Counted from the stretch's first letter, positions 32,029 to 40,380 are shown. The stretch: 64,000 nucleotides of DNA from an uncultured Acidobacteriaceae bacterium (GCA_963777035.1 CAVZPJ010000002.1:194418-258417), one strand, 5' to 3'. The notes: a model not told the origin generated them from the letters alone. Numbers and translations: made by a program.

Positions 32029-32736
32029 ATGGAAGGCATTACAAGCAGTCTAGCGAAGCCGACGCAAATGAGGCGGGACGGGAAGCCGCGTCCGCGCTCG
32101 GAGGCGAAGCGGGCGCTGATTGTGGAGGTTGCAATAAGGCATTTTGCCGAACGCGGCTATAGCGCGGCACGAGTGGAAGATATTGCAGCGCAGTTAAGCA
32201 TCGCCAAGGGATCCGTGTTTCAGCACTTCAAAAGCAAGGATGGATTGTTTTTCGAGGCCTACAAAAAGGCGGTAAAGTCGTTTCCCAAATATATGCAGGC
32301 TCCCGCCGACGAGCAGGAGCGGGGATTCTTTGGACTGCTGCGGTACTGGCTTGGACGCACGGAAAATATGGTGCGCGATAACTGGTCGTCCTATCGGATT
32401 TATTTGATCGGAAATTATGGGACCGATCTGGCGCTCCGGCGTGAGATCAATCGATTTCTGGTAGCGGAAGATCCGTACGGATGGCGCGATTTCGTCAGTT
32501 TCGGAGTAAACCGGGGAGAGTTACGGACCGATCTGGATGTGGACATGATCGGCTCGATCCTGGAGTGGACCATGGACCGTTTTCAGGACGCTCTGCTGAC
32601 CGAAGAGTTAGATCCGGGATTGTTCCGGAAGTCGGGGCCGGTTCCTGAGGAAAAAGAAGCGCGCATCGAACAGTTTGTGGAATTGTTGCGCCGGGCCATT
32701 GGCTCGGAACGGATACAATGCGGAAAGCAAGCATGA
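32029..32736 (+). CDS. TetR/AcrR family transcriptional regulator
   Basis: The HTH reads AIRHFAERGYSAARVEDIAAQLSIAKGSVFQHFKSKDGLF. Confidence 0.85.
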   Translation: MEGITSSLAKPTQMRRDGKPRPRSEAKRALIVEVAIRHFAERGYSAARVEDIAAQLSIAKGSVFQHFKSKDGLFFEAYKKAVKSFPKYMQAPADEQERGFFGLLRYWLGRTENMVRDNWSSYRIYLIGNYGTDLALRREINRFLVAEDPYGWRDFVSFGVNRGELRTDLDVDMIGSILEWTMDRFQDALLTEELDPGLFRKSGPVPEEKEARIEQFVELLRRAIGSERIQCGKQA

Positions 32737-33866
32737 AGAGCGGACCAGGAACAACTGTCGAGCAAATCGTTGCGAGTTATGACGAAAATGTGCCGTTGGC
32801 GGAAGCATCAACCATTCCGGCGCCGTGGTATGTAGACGCCCGCATCGCAGAACTGGAGCGACAGACCGTTTTTTCGCGTTCCTGGCAGGTGATGGGACGA
32901 GTGGATCAGGTTGAAAAGCCGGGACGGTTTGTGACGGCGACCGTGGCCGGTGAGCCACTGGTCGCGGTCCGCGGTAACGATGGCGTGCTGCGGGCGTTTT
33001 ATAACGTGTGCCGTCATCACGCGGCCGCTGTGGTGACGGAGCCTTGCGGGCAGGCTGCAATTCTTCATTGTCCCTATCATGGATGGAATTACGGCCTGGA
33101 TGGCGCGCTCAAAGGGATGCCGGAGTTCGACGGGGTGAAGAATTTCGATCGCAAAGAAAATGGACTGGTACCGGTGAAGGTCGAGACGTGGGAGAAGTTC
33201 GTGTTTGTGAATCTGGACCCGGAAGCTGCTCCCTTAGCCGACTTTCTTGGCGGATTAGTGAGGCGCGCTGCTCCACTAGGCCTGACTAAGCTGCAGTATT
33301 TTACCAACAGGAGTTATGACATCCACTGTAACTGGAAGGTATATGTCGATAACTACCTGGATGGCGGATATCACGTTCCGCACTTACACAAGGGGCTTAA
33401 CTCAGTCTTGGATTATAAACAGTACACCATCGAGAATGAAGACCGGTACTGTTTGCAGTCGAGCCCGATGGTGAGTTCCGACAAAGATGTGGCTACGGGG
33501 ACGACGCGAAGAGGTGACCGAGCCTGGTATTTCTGGCTGCATCCAAATTTCATGTTCAATTGCTACGAGGGGTATCTGGATACAAATCTGGTGATCCCAA
33601 TCGATGTGGACCATTGCCGGGTGATTTTCGATTTCTACTTTAGCGACATAAGCGAGACAGCGCGTGCCTACAACGAGCAAAGCGTCGCGGTGGGAAATCG
33701 GGTGCAGGAGGAAGACTTAGGAATTTGTGAAGCGGTACAGCGCGGATTGAAGTCTCGCACGTATGGAGCGGGGCGACTCTCGGCGCGCCGGGAAGCAGGG
33801 GAACATTTGTTTCATCGACTGCTGTCGGCGGATTTGAAGAGAGGGCTTGACCATGTTGCAGTGTGA
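32733..33866 (+). CDS. Rieske [2Fe-2S] non-heme iron oxygenase alpha subunit (choline-monooxygenase-like family)
   Basis: Has the Rieske motif CRHHAA..x..CPYHGW and the mononuclear iron motif NYLDGGYHVPHLH. The ATGA overlap with the TetR stop suggests a start at 32733; the alternative is 32718. Confidence 0.85.
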   Translation: MKSGPGTTVEQIVASYDENVPLAEASTIPAPWYVDARIAELERQTVFSRSWQVMGRVDQVEKPGRFVTATVAGEPLVAVRGNDGVLRAFYNVCRHHAAAVVTEPCGQAAILHCPYHGWNYGLDGALKGMPEFDGVKNFDRKENGLVPVKVETWEKFVFVNLDPEAAPLADFLGGLVRRAAPLGLTKLQYFTNRSYDIHCNWKVYVDNYLDGGYHVPHLHKGLNSVLDYKQYTIENEDRYCLQSSPMVSSDKDVATGTTRRGDRAWYFWLHPNFMFNCYEGYLDTNLVIPIDVDHCRVIFDFYFSDISETARAYNEQSVAVGNRVQEEDLGICEAVQRGLKSRTYGAGRLSARREAGEHLFHRLLSADLKRGLDHVAV

Positions 33867-33882
33867 CCGTTGCAGTGTGACC
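33855..33882. repeat. Perfect 14-bp tandem duplication (gttgcagtgtgacc x2) containing the Rieske gene stop codon
   Basis: Read directly. TGA 33864-33866 lies in copy 1. Confidence 0.9.
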
Positions 33883-33939
33883 GCAGATAGCCGGGGCGTT
33901 TTCTCACGATGGGGGGAATCTTTGAGAACAAGTGTCGCG

Positions 33940-35253
33940 ATGCTCACGTTGATGCTCGCTCTAATGCTGGCTGCTCTTGCGCTCAGTTCGATGTCCTTCG
34001 CGCAGGTTACAGTAGTTCGCGCGGGACGATTGATCGATCCAGATTCGGGGACCGTGCTTACGAATCAGGTGATCGTGATTAAGGACGGAAAGATTCAGGC
34101 GGTGGGCTCTGCGCTCGCAGTTCCGGCCAATGCTACGGTGATTGATCTTTCGGATAAAACCTTGTTGCCTGGCCTGATCGATTGCCACACCCACCTGGCC
34201 GACGGGAATTCGCTGGATAATGGCGGCGATCCTTTCGAGGCGTTGCGGAAGACAGCTTCGCGTGTCGTTCTCGAATCTGTTCCGAACGCGCGTAACACTC
34301 TGCTTTCGGGATTCACCACGGTGCGCGATGTGGGAACCTACCGGGCATTGAACGACATCGCGCTGCGCGACGCGATCGCGCGTGGCGACATCATCGGTCC
34401 TCGGATGTACGTCGCCGGCGCCTATATCACAATCACCGGAGGCGCGGGGGCCATGACCGGCCAGGCACCCGACATCCAGTTGCCCTGGGATCTGCATTAC
34501 GGAGAGGCGAACAGCCCCTGGGAGGTTCGGCAAAAAGTTCGCCTCCTGGCGCATGATGGCGTCGATCACATCAAGGTGCTTTCCACCGGAGCGGTGTTGA
34601 CTCACGGCAGCAGTCCAAACGCGACCGAGTTCACGCTCGAAGAATTGCAGGCTGCCGTTGAAGAAGCGCGGAATTTCGGTCTGCGTGTGGAGGCCCACGC
34701 GCACAATGCTCAGGGCATCAAGAATGCAATCCGAGCCGGCGTAGCTTCGGTCGAGCACGCTACTTTGATCGACGATGAGGGGATCCAACTGGCATTAAAG
34801 AATGGCACCTATCTCGACATGGATATCTATGACGAAGAGTGCATCCAGGAAGAGGGACGAAAAGGGACGATTCCGCTGGACTTTCTGGAGCATGATCGCG
34901 AACTCGGCGAGAAGCATCGTCAGAATTTTCGTAAAGCGGTGCAGGCTGGAGTGAAGTTATCGTTTGGCACCGACCTTGGCGTTTGTCCGTACGGATCGAG
35001 CCCAAAGCAATTCGCTTTCATGGTGAAGTACGGGATGACGCCGATGCAGGCGATTCAGGCGGCGACCACAAATGCAGCGGACTTACTGGGGCACTCCAAA
35101 GAGATCGGTTCGATTAAGGTGGGAAAGTATGCCGACATGGTCGCCGTGGGCGGCGATCCGCTTAAAGACATCAGGGAGCTCGAGCGGGTGGAATTTGTGA
35201 TGAAGGAAGGGAAAGTATATAAATCGGCAGGCGCGCCGTCTTGTGCGCAGTAA
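33940..35253 (+). CDS. Secreted amidohydrolase-family metallohydrolase
   Basis: Starts at ATG 33940 with the signal peptide MLTLMLALMLAALALSSMSFAQ. Motifs are LLPGLIDCHTHL (HxH), VEAHAH and FGTDLG (Asp). Confidence 0.8.
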   Translation: MLTLMLALMLAALALSSMSFAQVTVVRAGRLIDPDSGTVLTNQVIVIKDGKIQAVGSALAVPANATVIDLSDKTLLPGLIDCHTHLADGNSLDNGGDPFEALRKTASRVVLESVPNARNTLLSGFTTVRDVGTYRALNDIALRDAIARGDIIGPRMYVAGAYITITGGAGAMTGQAPDIQLPWDLHYGEANSPWEVRQKVRLLAHDGVDHIKVLSTGAVLTHGSSPNATEFTLEELQAAVEEARNFGLRVEAHAHNAQGIKNAIRAGVASVEHATLIDDEGIQLALKNGTYLDMDIYDEECIQEEGRKGTIPLDFLEHDRELGEKHRQNFRKAVQAGVKLSFGTDLGVCPYGSSPKQFAFMVKYGMTPMQAIQAATTNAADLLGHSKEIGSIKVGKYADMVAVGGDPLKDIRELERVEFVMKEGKVYKSAGAPSCAQ

Positions 35254-35361
35254 TTGTTCGACCGGGAAGCCGGCGACTTTACCAGCGGGCTGGCAGCATA
35301 TGCGGTGGCGCGGAGGAAAACTCAGCCGGTTCCGCAGAGATGCATCTGGTGACGGCGAAAC

Positions 35362-35808
35362 TTACCGGGAATAGAAATTGAGTTCTCCGAGTTCTTTTGT
35401 TTCCTGCGGCGCGGGTTCCCATTTCCACTGTTGAATGGCTTCCACCGCCGCCTTCGCCAACACAGGATTGCCGCCGATTACTTCGGCCAAGCGCAATTTT
35501 CCGTTGGCTAGAACTGCGACTTCCACTCTAACGGTTCCGTGAATTTGCAGTTTGCGCGCCAGCTCCGGATAAATGGGGGCGACTTTGCCGACGATCTTCC
35601 GCTTGCCGTCCGGCTGTTCTTGCGCCGAAGAAAAGGGAGCGGAGAAGACAATGACCGCAAGGAAGAGCGCTAGACAGGCGGCTGTCACGCACGGTCGTCG
35701 GGGAAGTTTCTTCACTGTCGGTAGACTACGCCCATGCGTGTACGTCGTGAAAGTAACAGCGGTAACCACGCAGCATTCCGAAGGGAATGCGCGAGCTTGC
35801 CTTGACAC
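35362..35808 (-). CDS. Small TonB C-terminal-domain protein
   Basis: The C-terminus reads KVAPIYPELARKLQIHGTVRVEVAVLANGKLRLAEVIGGNPVLAKAAVEAIQQWKWEP. The true start may be GTG 35715 (VKKLPRRPCVTAACLALFLAVIVF), which gives a signal/anchor. Confidence 0.65.
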   Translation of the reverse strand: MSRQARAFPSECCVVTAVTFTTYTHGRSLPTVKKLPRRPCVTAACLALFLAVIVFSAPFSSAQEQPDGKRKIVGKVAPIYPELARKLQIHGTVRVEVAVLANGKLRLAEVIGGNPVLAKAAVEAIQQWKWEPAPQETKELGELNFYSR

Positions 35809-35822
35809 AGTCCCACGAACTT

Positions 35823-35930
35823 CTTATCGTTTCATCGATCTTTCTATTTTTCTATTTTTCGTTTCGTCGATCTGTCGTTTTGTCGATCTATCGTTCTATT
35901 GATCTATCGTTTCATCGATCTATCGTTTCA
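35823..35930. repeat. 16-bp tandem repeat, about 6.7 units (consensus tcgatctatcgtttca)
   Basis: Units at 35835, 35851, 35867, 35883, 35899 and 35915, read directly. The last three are near-identical. Confidence 0.9.
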
Positions 35931-35965
35931 TCATCCTCGTCGCTAACTGTTATTGTTGACATGCT

Positions 35966-37051
35966 ATGAACATAGTGAAAGCTACCAAGAAGTTTGAAGA
36001 TTGGCTGGGACTCCACCTTCACATCGTCACTCCTGATTTGCGCTACAAGCATCAGCAGATGGCGGCGGCGCTTTTTCCGTTCTTTCGCGCGACTTTTTAT
36101 CGCTGGGTGCAGGTATGGCCTGAGGTGTGTGAGAACCAGGACCGCGCTCCCCACATCTTGTCGGTGGGCGATCTCCACGTCGAGAACTTCGGCACCTGGC
36201 GCGACAGCGATGGACGCCTGATCTGGGGAGTTAACGACTTTGATGAAGCTGGTCTATTTCCCTACACCATGGATCTAGTGCGACTGGCGACCAGCGCCTT
36301 GCTGGCGGCGCGAGAAGAGCATTTGACCATGAAGGCGAAAGATGCGGCGGCTGCGATACTGACGGGATACGAACAGGGCATGACCGAAGGCGGGCGTCCC
36401 TTTGTCTTGGGCGAGAGCCATGATTGGCTGCGCGCGATTGCCGAGAGCAAGCTGCGCGATCCGGTTGTCTTCTGGGGGAAAATCGATCGGCTGCCGACGG
36501 TGAAGGGAGAAATCCCGGAAAGCGCACGCGAGGCGGTCGAGCATCTACTTCCAGAACGCGGGATGCCTTACCGGCTGGCGCGGAGAATCGCAGGCCTCGG
36601 AAGCCTCGGACATTTGCGACTCGTTGCCATCGCTGAATGGAAAGGCGGGCGCATTGCACGGGAAGCGAAGGCGCTCACTCCTTCATCCTTGCATTGGCTG
36701 AATCCAAAGCGTGTGCCGGGAGAGATTTTGTACGGTGCCATCCTGCGGCGCTCAGTGCGCTCGCTGGATCCTTTTGTGCAAATGCGCGGGCACTGGATTG
36801 TCCGCCGCCTATCACCCCATTGTTCGCGCATCGAACTGAATGCGCTCGGAACCAATCGCAGCGAGTGCCGCTTGCTTGAGGCCATGGGGAGAGAGACGGC
36901 CAACATCCACATGGGAACCGAGGAAAAGCGACGGGCCATCCTGAAAGACTTGCGCGGCCGAAAAGCGAACTGGCTGCTGGGATCGGCGGAAGCGATGGCG
37001 GATGCGATGGACAAGGATTGGCAGGTGTGGAAGGAGCGCTGGCAGAGCTAG
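35966..37051 (+). CDS. DUF2252-family protein (kinase-like motifs)
   Basis: The N-terminus is as I remember DUF2252 (FFRATFYRW..), followed by SVGDLHVENFGTWRD and GVNDFDEAG. Confidence 0.7.
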   Translation: MNIVKATKKFEDWLGLHLHIVTPDLRYKHQQMAAALFPFFRATFYRWVQVWPEVCENQDRAPHILSVGDLHVENFGTWRDSDGRLIWGVNDFDEAGLFPYTMDLVRLATSALLAAREEHLTMKAKDAAAAILTGYEQGMTEGGRPFVLGESHDWLRAIAESKLRDPVVFWGKIDRLPTVKGEIPESAREAVEHLLPERGMPYRLARRIAGLGSLGHLRLVAIAEWKGGRIAREAKALTPSSLHWLNPKRVPGEILYGAILRRSVRSLDPFVQMRGHWIVRRLSPHCSRIELNALGTNRSECRLLEAMGRETANIHMGTEEKRRAILKDLRGRKANWLLGSAEAMADAMDKDWQVWKERWQS

Positions 37052-37065
37052 ACCCTGCCAGCGCT

Positions 37066-37557
37066 TTATTGGAGCGAAAGTCCGTGCGAGGACTCGTTTG
37101 GCGGGGTAAAAAGCTGGCACTCCAATGCCGGGGATTTGTTTCCAGCTGCGTTAGAAATGAGGGCGTCAACAATGCACTCGAGGGCCGCGGCCGACCCTGA
37201 CCAGCCTCGCGAAAACGAATCGCGATGAACGGCCAATTCGCCGACCAGACGCCCCGCCGAATGCGGCCCCAAATCGAAATCCGCCAGACTTGCGTCGCTG
37301 CCCAAGGGTTTAGGAAGATAGTGGACCGGGGCCACGCTTAAATTACCTTCGCATAACCAATGCGCGATTAGCGACTTGAGATGCTGTCTGCAGCAGACAC
37401 TTTTCATGTCCTTTTGCGTGGCCAGTGAAGCGTGCCACGACAGAATCTTGAGGCGGTCAAGCCATCGGTTCTCGACCACCAGAAACCATCTCGCATGGCG
37501 AAAGCTATCGAGTCCGCAAACTGAGCAAGGTGCGCGTTTCGTTATCGCGTAATCCAT
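37066..37557 (-). CDS. Cys-rich hypothetical protein, second gene of a two-gene operon
   Basis: ATG 37557 is preceded by agaggga (MDYAITKRAPCSVCGLDSFRHARWFLV...MKSVCCRQHLKSLIAHW). It starts 17 nt after the upstream stop. The ORF-track TTG start at 37581 is less likely. Confidence 0.5.
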   Translation of the reverse strand: MDYAITKRAPCSVCGLDSFRHARWFLVVENRWLDRLKILSWHASLATQKDMKSVCCRQHLKSLIAHWLCEGNLSVAPVHYLPKPLGSDASLADFDLGPHSAGRLVGELAVHRDSFSRGWSGSAAALECIVDALISNAAGNKSPALECQLFTPPNESSHGLSLQ

Positions 37558-37574
37558 CAGCGTCCCTCTAAGGC

Positions 37575-37850
37575 TCAGCAAGCGTTCCCGGCAGCCCGGG
37601 TCAGGAACCGCGGACTCTCACGTTCCCGTAACGGAACCGTCAGCATTCCCAGCGCGGAATCGAAACGGAGCGTGAAGTGAGACGAGCAGGCGTCGCACAG
37701 CCAGAAATGCTCCCGCCGGCGCACCTTGCGACGATTGCCTTGAAAAGATGAATTCACATCCGATGGAGACGTTTCGGCGAGAAATAGTTTCCCTTCCCGA
37801 AGCGATCGGAAGGGAACGGTGCAGGTGGGGTTGGCGCATTTGTGCAGCAT
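37575..37850 (-). CDS. Small Cys-rich (zinc-ribbon-like) hypothetical protein
   Basis: Reads MLHKCANPTCTVPFRSLREGKLFLAE...HFWLCDACSSHF, with CxxC at both ends. I recall the CANPxC..F..LREGKLF pattern as a multi-copy acidobacterial family, from memory only. Confidence 0.6.
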   Translation of the reverse strand: MLHKCANPTCTVPFRSLREGKLFLAETSPSDVNSSFQGNRRKVRRREHFWLCDACSSHFTLRFDSALGMLTVPLRERESPRFLTRAAGNAC

Positions 37851-38109
37851 AGGCTGGGTCCAGTCTTCTCTATTGCGGAGTTTCGGCCAGAGAGCGTTGC
37901 GAATACTGCACGCGTGAGGCCGAACGCTCCAATCGGCGCATTAGAAGCGTCTAAGCTGTTATTGCATCGACTTATCCGCCACGGTAAGTCATGGCGATCA
38001 CACAGCTCTAAATCAGGGTGACGGCGCGCGGTCGCGGTCGACGGATAGTCGTCATAGGGCGATCACGATCTTAGTTGTGATGTGGACGACATGCCGCTTG
38101 GCTGATTAA

Positions 38110-38390
38110 TTCCTCAACAGCTTTACGGAAAAAGTGCCTTTCGGCGCCGTCGTCGGACCTCAGCGGGTAAAGTGGCTGCGAAAAAAGTGTTCTCCCATCG
38201 CAGCATTCCCTCAGCGGCTGGAAGCCGCCTTTGATTCGGTGGCCGTTACGGCACGAGTAGAACTCGTGCCCTTTCCCAACCCGGCGCAAATCGGAGTTTT
38301 TCCGCAGCCTCTAAAGCCGAAACTGAAAATGCGCCAGTTGTCGCAGCGGTTAACCCGCCGCGCCACACAAAATCTGCTAAGTGGAACTTG
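38110..38390. repeat. Mosaic REP-like element cluster
   Basis: Shares an ~50-bp module (acagct.tacggaaaaagtgcctttcggcgcc.tcgtcggacctcagcgg) and a second module (gaaaatgcgcc.gtt.t..cagcggt.aacc) with 9658-9790. It shares gtggctgcg.aaaaagtgttctcccatcgcagca.tccctcagcggct with 62950-63020. Confidence 0.75.
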
Positions 38391-38398
38391 GAACGTCC

Positions 38399-39262
38399 TT
38401 AGTGGGGCTGCTGGAGGGTGATGGAAACCAGATTGTGCACCCAGCGGGCGGGACGCTTGTCATCGGAGACAATCAGCTCAAATGGGCCCGATTTTCCGAG
38501 CGGCTGTCCATCGCGAGTGTCGGCGACCAGCACTTGACCTTCATGAAAGGTCGGATCGACCTCGGCGAGGGAAAGAAGGACAGAGTATCCATCGGAACCG
38601 GAGGCGAGGAGATAGCTCGTTAGCGCCTCTTCATGAAATTCGTTACCGATGGGCGCGTTGACCTTGGCCAGCAAGGTGGCTAGCGGAACGCCCGAGTAAG
38701 TTTCGGTAGCATTGGCATGGCTGTTATGGACGGTGATGTTCGTGTGCGGTGGAGCGCGAAACTCCACGGGGGTAAGCGTTACGGGAGCGTGATAGGGGTC
38801 GGCAGTAAGCAGCAGATGACTCTCAAAGACCGTCCCCGTTGGATAAATGGGCGTCGGCGAACTCACGTCCCCGATCCGCAGAACCACTTGCACAACTTGC
38901 CCAACGCCGGCCTTGCGCTCCGGGATGTCGATGTCAATGTCGATGTCGATGTGCTGCGTCGCCTTCTTGAATCCCGCCGCCGTAACGAATAAAGCGTAGG
39001 GGCCGGTCTTCAAGTTGATGGAGAGTTGGCCCTTATCATCAGTGTCCATCTTAGCGGGAGCGTTTTCGGGAGACGGGACCAGCCGGATTCGTGCATGCGC
39101 CACCCCAACCCCAGTTGGATCCGTCACGCGGATGATGACGACCGGCGTGGTTACCGACACCTCGGCCCTAGGAACTAAGGGAGCGGGAATCAGCAAAGCG
39201 CAGCACAGCAAACCGATCCAAATGTTTTGCGCGAAGTCCAGCCGCCGCATCATGAGCATCAC
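38399..39262 (-). CDS. Secreted two-domain protein: CarboxypepD_reg-like N-domain + molybdopterin-oxidoreductase-fold-like C-domain (tentative)
   Basis: Has a signal/anchor, then VIIRVTDPTGVGVAHARIRLVP..DDKGQLSINLKTGPYALFVTAAGF. The C-terminal part reads GVPLATLL..DGYSVLLSLAEVDP..DGQPLG..GPFELIVSDDKRPARWVHNLVSI. The C-domain assignment is from memory. Confidence 0.55.
   Translation of the reverse strand: MMLMMRRLDFAQNIWIGLLCCALLIPAPLVPRAEVSVTTPVVIIRVTDPTGVGVAHARIRLVPSPENAPAKMDTDDKGQLSINLKTGPYALFVTAAGFKKATQHIDIDIDIDIPERKAGVGQVVQVVLRIGDVSSPTPIYPTGTVFESHLLLTADPYHAPVTLTPVEFRAPPHTNITVHNSHANATETYSGVPLATLLAKVNAPIGNEFHEEALTSYLLASGSDGYSVLLSLAEVDPTFHEGQVLVADTRDGQPLGKSGPFELIVSDDKRPARWVHNLVSITLQQPH
38924..38953. 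repeat. Hexanucleotide tandem repeat (GATGTC)x5 inside the CDS, encoding DIDIDIDI
   Basis: Read directly: gatgtc gatgtc aatgtc gatgtc gatgtg. Confidence 0.9.
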
Positions 39263-39288
39263 CCCCAGCGCGATCCTAGCGGGCTGTC

Positions 39289-39831
39289 TTAGTGCACTAG
39301 CAATGATGAGGCTGCGACCGCGATCCCAATAGCCGCCATCAGCATCCCGACATGCCAGAATATTCGACGGCCGGAGAGTAAGGTGATCGAAGTGACCACG
39401 AGCGCGATCTCCAGAAACACTTCGCCGAGATCGAAGCGGTCGGCCTTACGGCGGGTCAGTTCGGTCTCCGTTTCGGTTTCTCGCGCACCTTTGTCGAGGT
39501 CTTTCTGCTCCTCTTTATAGCGGTCGGCCTCGGCGCGGTATTTTTCCTTGAGCTTGGCCGCGCCTTCCTCGTCTTTACCAGTGACCAGCGAAGTGAGATC
39601 GGCGAACATTTCGTCGTTGTGGCGGCGAATATTCTTGGCCTGATAATAGGCCCACTGGTCGGTGACTTTATTCTGCAGGATGATCTCTTCCGTATGCGTG
39701 CGATGACCAAGCAGCGACACGGTGGCCACCAGTACGGCCAGCACCGCCATGGTAAGGGAGACGGGCGCAAGGTCGGGATGCTCCCGCGCATGTTCAGCGT
39801 GCTCATGTAATTCGGTCAACTCTTCCGTCAT
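39289..39831 (-). CDS. DUF4337-family membrane protein
   Basis: Starts HEHAEHAREHPDL, then a TM helix, then QNKVTDQWAYYQAKNIRRH and a C-terminal TM. This pattern is as I recall DUF4337. Confidence 0.65.
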   Translation of the reverse strand: MTEELTELHEHAEHAREHPDLAPVSLTMAVLAVLVATVSLLGHRTHTEEIILQNKVTDQWAYYQAKNIRRHNDEMFADLTSLVTGKDEEGAAKLKEKYRAEADRYKEEQKDLDKGARETETETELTRRKADRFDLGEVFLEIALVVTSITLLSGRRIFWHVGMLMAAIGIAVAASSLLVH

Positions 39832-39847
39832 GACGTAGTGCTCCTGT

Positions 39848-39943
39848 GAGTTCTCAGTTCTCGGTTCTCAGTTCTCAGTGGCGTTGCGGGTGCCTTTTCT
39901 GAGAACCGGGAACTGAGAACTGAGAACTGTCTTTGAGAACTGG
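39848..39943. repeat. Inverted array of heptamer repeats (GTTCTCA)x4 / (TGAGAAC)x4-5 forming a ~31-bp-arm hairpin
   Basis: The arms 39848-39878 and 39899-39929 are complementary at about 27/31 positions by eye, with a 20-nt loop. An extra TGAGAAC sits at 39934-39940. Confidence 0.85.
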
Positions 39944-39966
39944 TTTACGAGGATAAATCAAATCGC

Positions 39967-40380
39967 CTATTCTCCCATGACTTTAATCAGCACCCTCTTG
40001 TCGCGCTGCCCGTCGAATTCGGCGTAGAAGATCTGCTGCCAGGGACCGAAGTCGAGTTTTCCGTTGGTGACGGGGACGATGACTTCATGGTGGATGATCA
40101 GCGATTTGAGGTGGGCGTCTCCGTTGTCCTCGCCGGTCTGGTGATGCTGGTAGTTCGGGCGGAAGGGCGCGAGCGTCTCCAGCCACTGGTCGATGTCTTT
40201 GATGAGTCCACTCTCGTTGTCATTCACGTAAACTCCAGCCGTGATGTGCATCGCCGAAACCAGAATCATCCCGTCCTTAATCCCAGACTTCTTGAGGGCG
40301 CTCTCCACCTGCGGGGTCAGATGAACATATGCACGCTTCGTTTTGGTGTGCAGGGTGAGGTATTCGGTGTGGAATTTCAT
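39967..40380 (-). CDS. yjbQ: YjbQ/UPF0047 family protein (secondary thiamine-phosphate synthase-like)
   Basis: Reads [25 protein letters not shown]...[44 protein letters not shown]. Confidence 0.8.
   Translation of the reverse strand: MKFHTEYLTLHTKTKRAYVHLTPQVESALKKSGIKDGMILVSAMHITAGVYVNDNESGLIKDIDQWLETLAPFRPNYQHHQTGEDNGDAHLKSLIIHHEVIVPVTNGKLDFGPWQQIFYAEFDGQRDKRVLIKVMGE

Noticed and set aside
35823-35930. The 16-bp tandem array (and the other repeat arrays) considered as a CRISPR locus.
   Set aside because: The units are contiguous with no unique spacers, are far shorter than CRISPR repeats, and no cas genes are in the window.
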